A stretch of DNA of 59,744 nucleotides from Candidatus Micrarchaeota archaeon (GTDB lineage Archaea > Micrarchaeota > Micrarchaeia > Micrarchaeales > Micrarchaeaceae). The stretch is taken from the NCBI GenBank assembly GCA_021827665.1, contig JAKAUR010000026.1, positions 1-59,744 on the forward strand. Direction: 5' to 3'. The position numbers and the translations under genes were made by a program. Within the stretch, counting starts at the first letter, position 1; every line of letters starts with the position of its first letter. The notes beneath the pieces are model-generated. The model saw only the letters and a list, made by a program, of their open reading frames with translations. It was not told the DNA's origin and searched no databases. Positions 56,074 through 59,744 of the stretch are shown piece after piece.

Positions 56074-57216
56074 ATGTCAAACTTCAACGGCAAAAGCATG
56101 AAGTACATTGTATTTTTCGATAAGAGATTTTTGCAGCAGTCGATAAACGAGCTGAGATCAATCCTTGGAGAGTCGAAGATCTTGAAATACCTGTCGGATT
56201 CGGTAATAATAGTCGATACAGGAGAAAAGAAAGCCGACCTCAAGGCGATATACGATTCGGTGTTCCTTTACAAGACAGAGGAGCTTATTTTCGAAGTTGA
56301 AGTCGCTTCAGGATATTCTGCACTTGAGGAGAAACTTGCTTCAGTGCAGAAAGAAAAAGGGTATGCATCGTCCAAGACCGAGGTGCTCAAAGAGGCTGCC
56401 TTTGATGAAAGGAACGCCAAGAGCATAGAGGTGGAGATAGGAACAGGCATGGAGAAATACGGGGCCAGAATAGACCTGTTGAACCCAGGGGCAGTATTTC
56501 ATGTAATAATCAACGGCAGCACGGCTTACGTGTCGATTGCGGGCTCGGACAATGCCTATGGCGCCACTCTTGACTACTTCAGGAACAGAAACATGGACAG
56601 GGACATAGTTGAGAACGGGATAAGCAGGGCAGAATTCAAGATACACGAAGCGATTGACTACTTTAATATTAAGGTATGCGAAGGCTCGAGGGCGCTTGAC
56701 ATAGGTGCCGCGCCAGGAGGCTGGAGCAGATACCTAATGAAAAAGGGAGCTGATGTGGTTGCCATTGATGCCGGAAGGATAAATTATGAGGCGATGCCGC
56801 AAGGAAGCAGGATTGCAGTAGCGCTAGGAAAGGAGCGTGAGATTGCAGATGCAGAGGACATAGACGTGCTTGATATGGAAAAGCTCGATGGAAGCTGGAA
56901 GGGATACGACCTTTTGCACATAAAGGAGCTGTTCGGGAATATAAAAATCTCGGAGCTCGTCAAGCTTGGCCCTTTCGACATAATGTGCATAGACATAAAC
57001 ATACCCGCGCAGGAATCCGCAATAATAGCTGCGGTATGCTCTGAGGCCCTTAAGAAGGGTGCTTTCCTGATATTGACGCTTAAAATGACGGACGACAAAA
57101 TAGAGCAGGCAATGGCAAAATCGAAGGAGGCGCTTGGCGCGACTTATGAGGACATACGCGTCAAGAAGCTCCCGCACGACAGGAAAGAATTAACATTATT
57201 TGCGGTAAAAATATGA
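56074..57216 (+). CDS. FtsJ/RlmM-like SAM-dependent RNA methyltransferase
   Basis: SRAEFKIHEA, DIGAAPGGWS and K-D-K-E-type residues. Confidence 0.85.
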   Translation: MSNFNGKSMKYIVFFDKRFLQQSINELRSILGESKILKYLSDSVIIVDTGEKKADLKAIYDSVFLYKTEELIFEVEVASGYSALEEKLASVQKEKGYASSKTEVLKEAAFDERNAKSIEVEIGTGMEKYGARIDLLNPGAVFHVIINGSTAYVSIAGSDNAYGATLDYFRNRNMDRDIVENGISRAEFKIHEAIDYFNIKVCEGSRALDIGAAPGGWSRYLMKKGADVVAIDAGRINYEAMPQGSRIAVALGKEREIADAEDIDVLDMEKLDGSWKGYDLLHIKELFGNIKISELVKLGPFDIMCIDINIPAQESAIIAAVCSEALKKGAFLILTLKMTDDKIEQAMAKSKEALGATYEDIRVKKLPHDRKELTLFAVKI

Positions 57217-57226
57217 TAGTGGTTGA

Positions 57227-57565
57227 ATGATGCCAAACATAGATCCTAGGACGCTCAAGAGCATGATGGCCAAGATGGGCATAAAATCATCGGAGCTTAA
57301 TGCTGACAGAGTGGTAATTTCCTGTGCTGACAGGGACATAGTAATAACTGACCCCCAGGTAACGGTAATAGAGGCGCAGGGGACGAAGAGCTTCCAGATA
57401 GCAGGGACAATAACAGAGAACGAAAAGAGCGTAAGCATAGAGATAAGCGAGGACGACGTGAAAATGGTCATGGAGAGCTCGGGAGCGAGCGAGGAAGATG
57501 CAAGGAAGGCCCTCGAAAGCTCAGGAGGGGACATAGCCAAGGCGATACTGGAGCTTATGAAGTAG
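57227..57565 (+). CDS. nac: Nascent polypeptide-associated complex protein
   Basis: DPR..K.MM.KMGI and UBA-like GDIAKAI. Confidence 0.93.
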   Translation: MMPNIDPRTLKSMMAKMGIKSSELNADRVVISCADRDIVITDPQVTVIEAQGTKSFQIAGTITENEKSVSIEISEDDVKMVMESSGASEEDARKALESSGGDIAKAILELMK

Positions 57566-57570
57566 AAAGG

Positions 57571-57882
57571 TTATTCCGGATTCATCCAATAGGCGTGGGC
57601 GTATGGCACGTCCATGACCTTATTGACATTCTCCTCCTTTATCAGGTTTTGCCTTATTGCAGTCTCTACCGCTTCCTTTCCAACTATGTTGGCTGAATTG
57701 AACTTCTGGTGCTCCGGAAGCACTATGCTTTCCGGGTCTACGAGATCCCCCACGTAGAAATCGGAATAATCCTTAAGGTCTAGCACAAGGTCTCCTTCTT
57801 CGAGCACACTGCCTATGAGCGATTCGTCGCACATCGCTATTATGGTGCCTTCGTCCGTATCGTGTATCTTTACGTATATCAT
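57571..57882 (-). CDS. DUF424 family protein
   Basis: IAMCDESLIG, FY.G and ANIVG motifs. Confidence 0.85.
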   Translation of the reverse strand: MIYVKIHDTDEGTIIAMCDESLIGSVLEEGDLVLDLKDYSDFYVGDLVDPESIVLPEHQKFNSANIVGKEAVETAIRQNLIKEENVNKVMDVPYAHAYWMNPE

Positions 57883-57886
57883 AACA

Positions 57887-59434
57887 TCATCCGTACTTGT
57901 ACATGAAGAGCGTGGCGAACAGGTACATGAAGCCGTATACCATAAGCCATAGCCCTCCGGATATGTGGTTGGTCTTGGCTGCGAAAAAGCTCAGGGCGAA
58001 TATGAAAGTGGCGAATGCTAGCTCTACCCTGGTGTTCATTATGGAGAACACGAGCTTGCTCTTCCCAGAATCATTGTCCCTGTTCCAGTGCACCCCAGGA
58101 TTGCTCTGCGTTATAGCCGCTATGGCTGCCTTAGTCCTGGAGAACGCTAGTGCGAAGTTAAGCGCGAAAACCATGAATCCCTTCTTTATGGAGTTGAAGT
58201 ATATCTTGGTCATTATGACCGGGGCTAGGAACGAGAGCACCAATGCTATGGAGCCGAATATCTCCAGGTCAAGGCCGACGTACTTGGCGTTGAACATCTG
58301 GTGTATGTTAAGGTTGACGAATGGCACTGCTGAGAACACTATGAATATGGATACTATGGTGAACATTATCAATATGACCGATATGTAGTTCAAGCCGAAC
58401 CCGTGCGTCAGATAGTCCATGCTCGATATCGGAGAGCCCTTCATGCTCTTCCTGTTCTTGAAGAAGTATTTTATGAACTGCGTATCACCGTAGTTGTAGC
58501 GCCACTGCTGCTTTACAAGCTCGGTGAACGTCTTTATCGGCTTGCCAAGAGCGTACACCTTTGGCACGTATAGGCTCTTGTAGTTGTATAGGTCCGACTT
58601 GAAGCTGAAGAAGGTATCCTCTATTACGTATTCGGGGAAGCCGCCTATGTCGCGAAGCGCTGAAACCCTTATTATGCCGCACGAGCCGGCGAATATCGCA
58701 GTGTTGTTAAGCGCCCTAGCAGGCTCTATGAACTTGAAGAAGAACCCGTCGAATATGTTTATCGAATCTGCGAAAAGGTTGGCCTTCCTGTGCGTCTTTT
58801 CTGTCTGTATGTACGACAGGTTAGGATCCTGGAAGTAGGGCAGAAGATCCCTTAGGAACTTTGAGTTTGTAAGCCTCTCATCATAGTCGAAGATCGCTAT
58901 GAACTCCTCCTTCATGCCGCTTACGAAGTTGTTAAGAGCGCCGGCCTTGAAGCCCTTCCTGTTGTCCCTGTGCATGTATGTGAATTTGTTCTTCCTTGCT
59001 ATGCGCATCATTTCTGAGCGAATGCCGGCATCGGTGGAGTCGTCCAACAGATAGTAGTTGAGCGACTTTTGAGGATAATCGAGCTTCCTAAGATTAACTA
59101 TGGTGTCCTCTACCATGCCCGGGTCTTCGTTGTATACAGGTACCACTACGGCAACAGATGGATATGAAAGCATTGGCCTGAGCTTCCTACGTATCTTTGA
59201 GATATACTTGCCGTAGAAGTATGACCTATAATACAGTATTGAGGCTGATATGTTGAAAAAGCCTGAAACCACTGACAGCGCGGCGAACGCTGTGGCCACT
59301 GCGTACATGTAGGTGTTCTTTGCTATTATGAAAAGATAAAGCGAAAAGGCAAGCCCTGCTATTGCTAGGATTATGAATATTGCCACTGTGACTATGCGCA
59401 GGGTGAACTTGTCACCAAAGAATTTATTCTTCAT
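57887..59434 (-). CDS. Membrane GT2 glycosyltransferase (cellulose-synthase-like)
   Basis: VPVYNE, DDS, KAGALN, DYD, ED and QQWRY (QxxRW-like) motifs with multiple TM helices. Confidence 0.9.
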   Translation of the reverse strand: MKNKFFGDKFTLRIVTVAIFIILAIAGLAFSLYLFIIAKNTYMYAVATAFAALSVVSGFFNISASILYYRSYFYGKYISKIRRKLRPMLSYPSVAVVVPVYNEDPGMVEDTIVNLRKLDYPQKSLNYYLLDDSTDAGIRSEMMRIARKNKFTYMHRDNRKGFKAGALNNFVSGMKEEFIAIFDYDERLTNSKFLRDLLPYFQDPNLSYIQTEKTHRKANLFADSINIFDGFFFKFIEPARALNNTAIFAGSCGIIRVSALRDIGGFPEYVIEDTFFSFKSDLYNYKSLYVPKVYALGKPIKTFTELVKQQWRYNYGDTQFIKYFFKNRKSMKGSPISSMDYLTHGFGLNYISVILIMFTIVSIFIVFSAVPFVNLNIHQMFNAKYVGLDLEIFGSIALVLSFLAPVIMTKIYFNSIKKGFMVFALNFALAFSRTKAAIAAITQSNPGVHWNRDNDSGKSKLVFSIMNTRVELAFATFIFALSFFAAKTNHISGGLWLMVYGFMYLFATLFMYKYG

Positions 59435-59615
59435 TTAAGCATCGCTGTTGATTGCCGTTCTCATAAGCCAAAGGCTTATAAGAAGATTTTTAAACAAAGC
59501 TTTAATTACTTTCGGAAATCCAAGATACGGGCGTTCAGGTACGCGGACAGGCACAAATAAAGAGCTTTACTTGGCAAAATATAATATTTCTTCCATTAGG
59601 TTAGGTTTTATATAT

Positions 59616-59714
59616 GCCGGGATGGCGGAAACCGGTAACGCGCCAGTGCTTTTGCGGCGAAACTCGAGATCTGGTTTCCTTCGGGAAGTTTGGGTTCAAA
59701 TCCCAATCCCGGCG
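59616..59714 (+). tRNA. tRNA-Ser (CGA) with 15-nt intron at non-canonical position 30/31 (59647-59661)
   Basis: GCCGGGA/TCCCGGC acceptor, long variable arm and G73. Removing TGCTTTTGCGGCGAA restores CCAGA-CTCGAGA-TCTGG. Confidence 0.92.
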
Positions 59715-59744
59715 CCTTTTGTTTTTTTTTGCTTGGCAACCAAG

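Overview
Gene-dense archaeal chromosomal window. A DPANN Micrarchaeota-like origin is inferred, not proven, from the archaeal information genes, fragmented ribosomal operons, GGTG ribosome-binding sites and a tRNA intron at a non-canonical position. Most of it is housekeeping: MCM, XPD/Rad3, MetRS, GluRS, rps8e/24e/27ae, rpl30/15, aIF5A, rpo7-spt4, fibrillarin, NAC, two tandem ftsZ genes with sepF nearby, and four tRNAs (Asn, Val, Ala, and Ser with a BHB intron). The main candidate for an undescribed system is at 1-4442. It is a three-gene surface locus that looks like an usher-less, donor-strand (Csu/WxL-like) fimbrial system: a large repeat-built adhesin ending in a pilin-like domain, a small secreted paralogous pilin with a free N-terminal strand, and a membrane-anchored PapD-like Ig protein. 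The adhesin has near-identical DNA blocks flanking divergent Cys-conserved domains. Also notable are a ~0.7 kb att-flanked toxin-antitoxin cassette at tRNA-Ala followed by a decayed second TA pair, a two-component system with a wHTH-REC-degenerate GGDEF regulator coupled to a class III prepilin gene, a base-excision-repair cluster (nth, NUDIX, EndoQ, GNAT, xth), and an extreme A-rich leader in front of a beta-CASP RNase. All family calls come from motif recognition by eye; no database searches were run.
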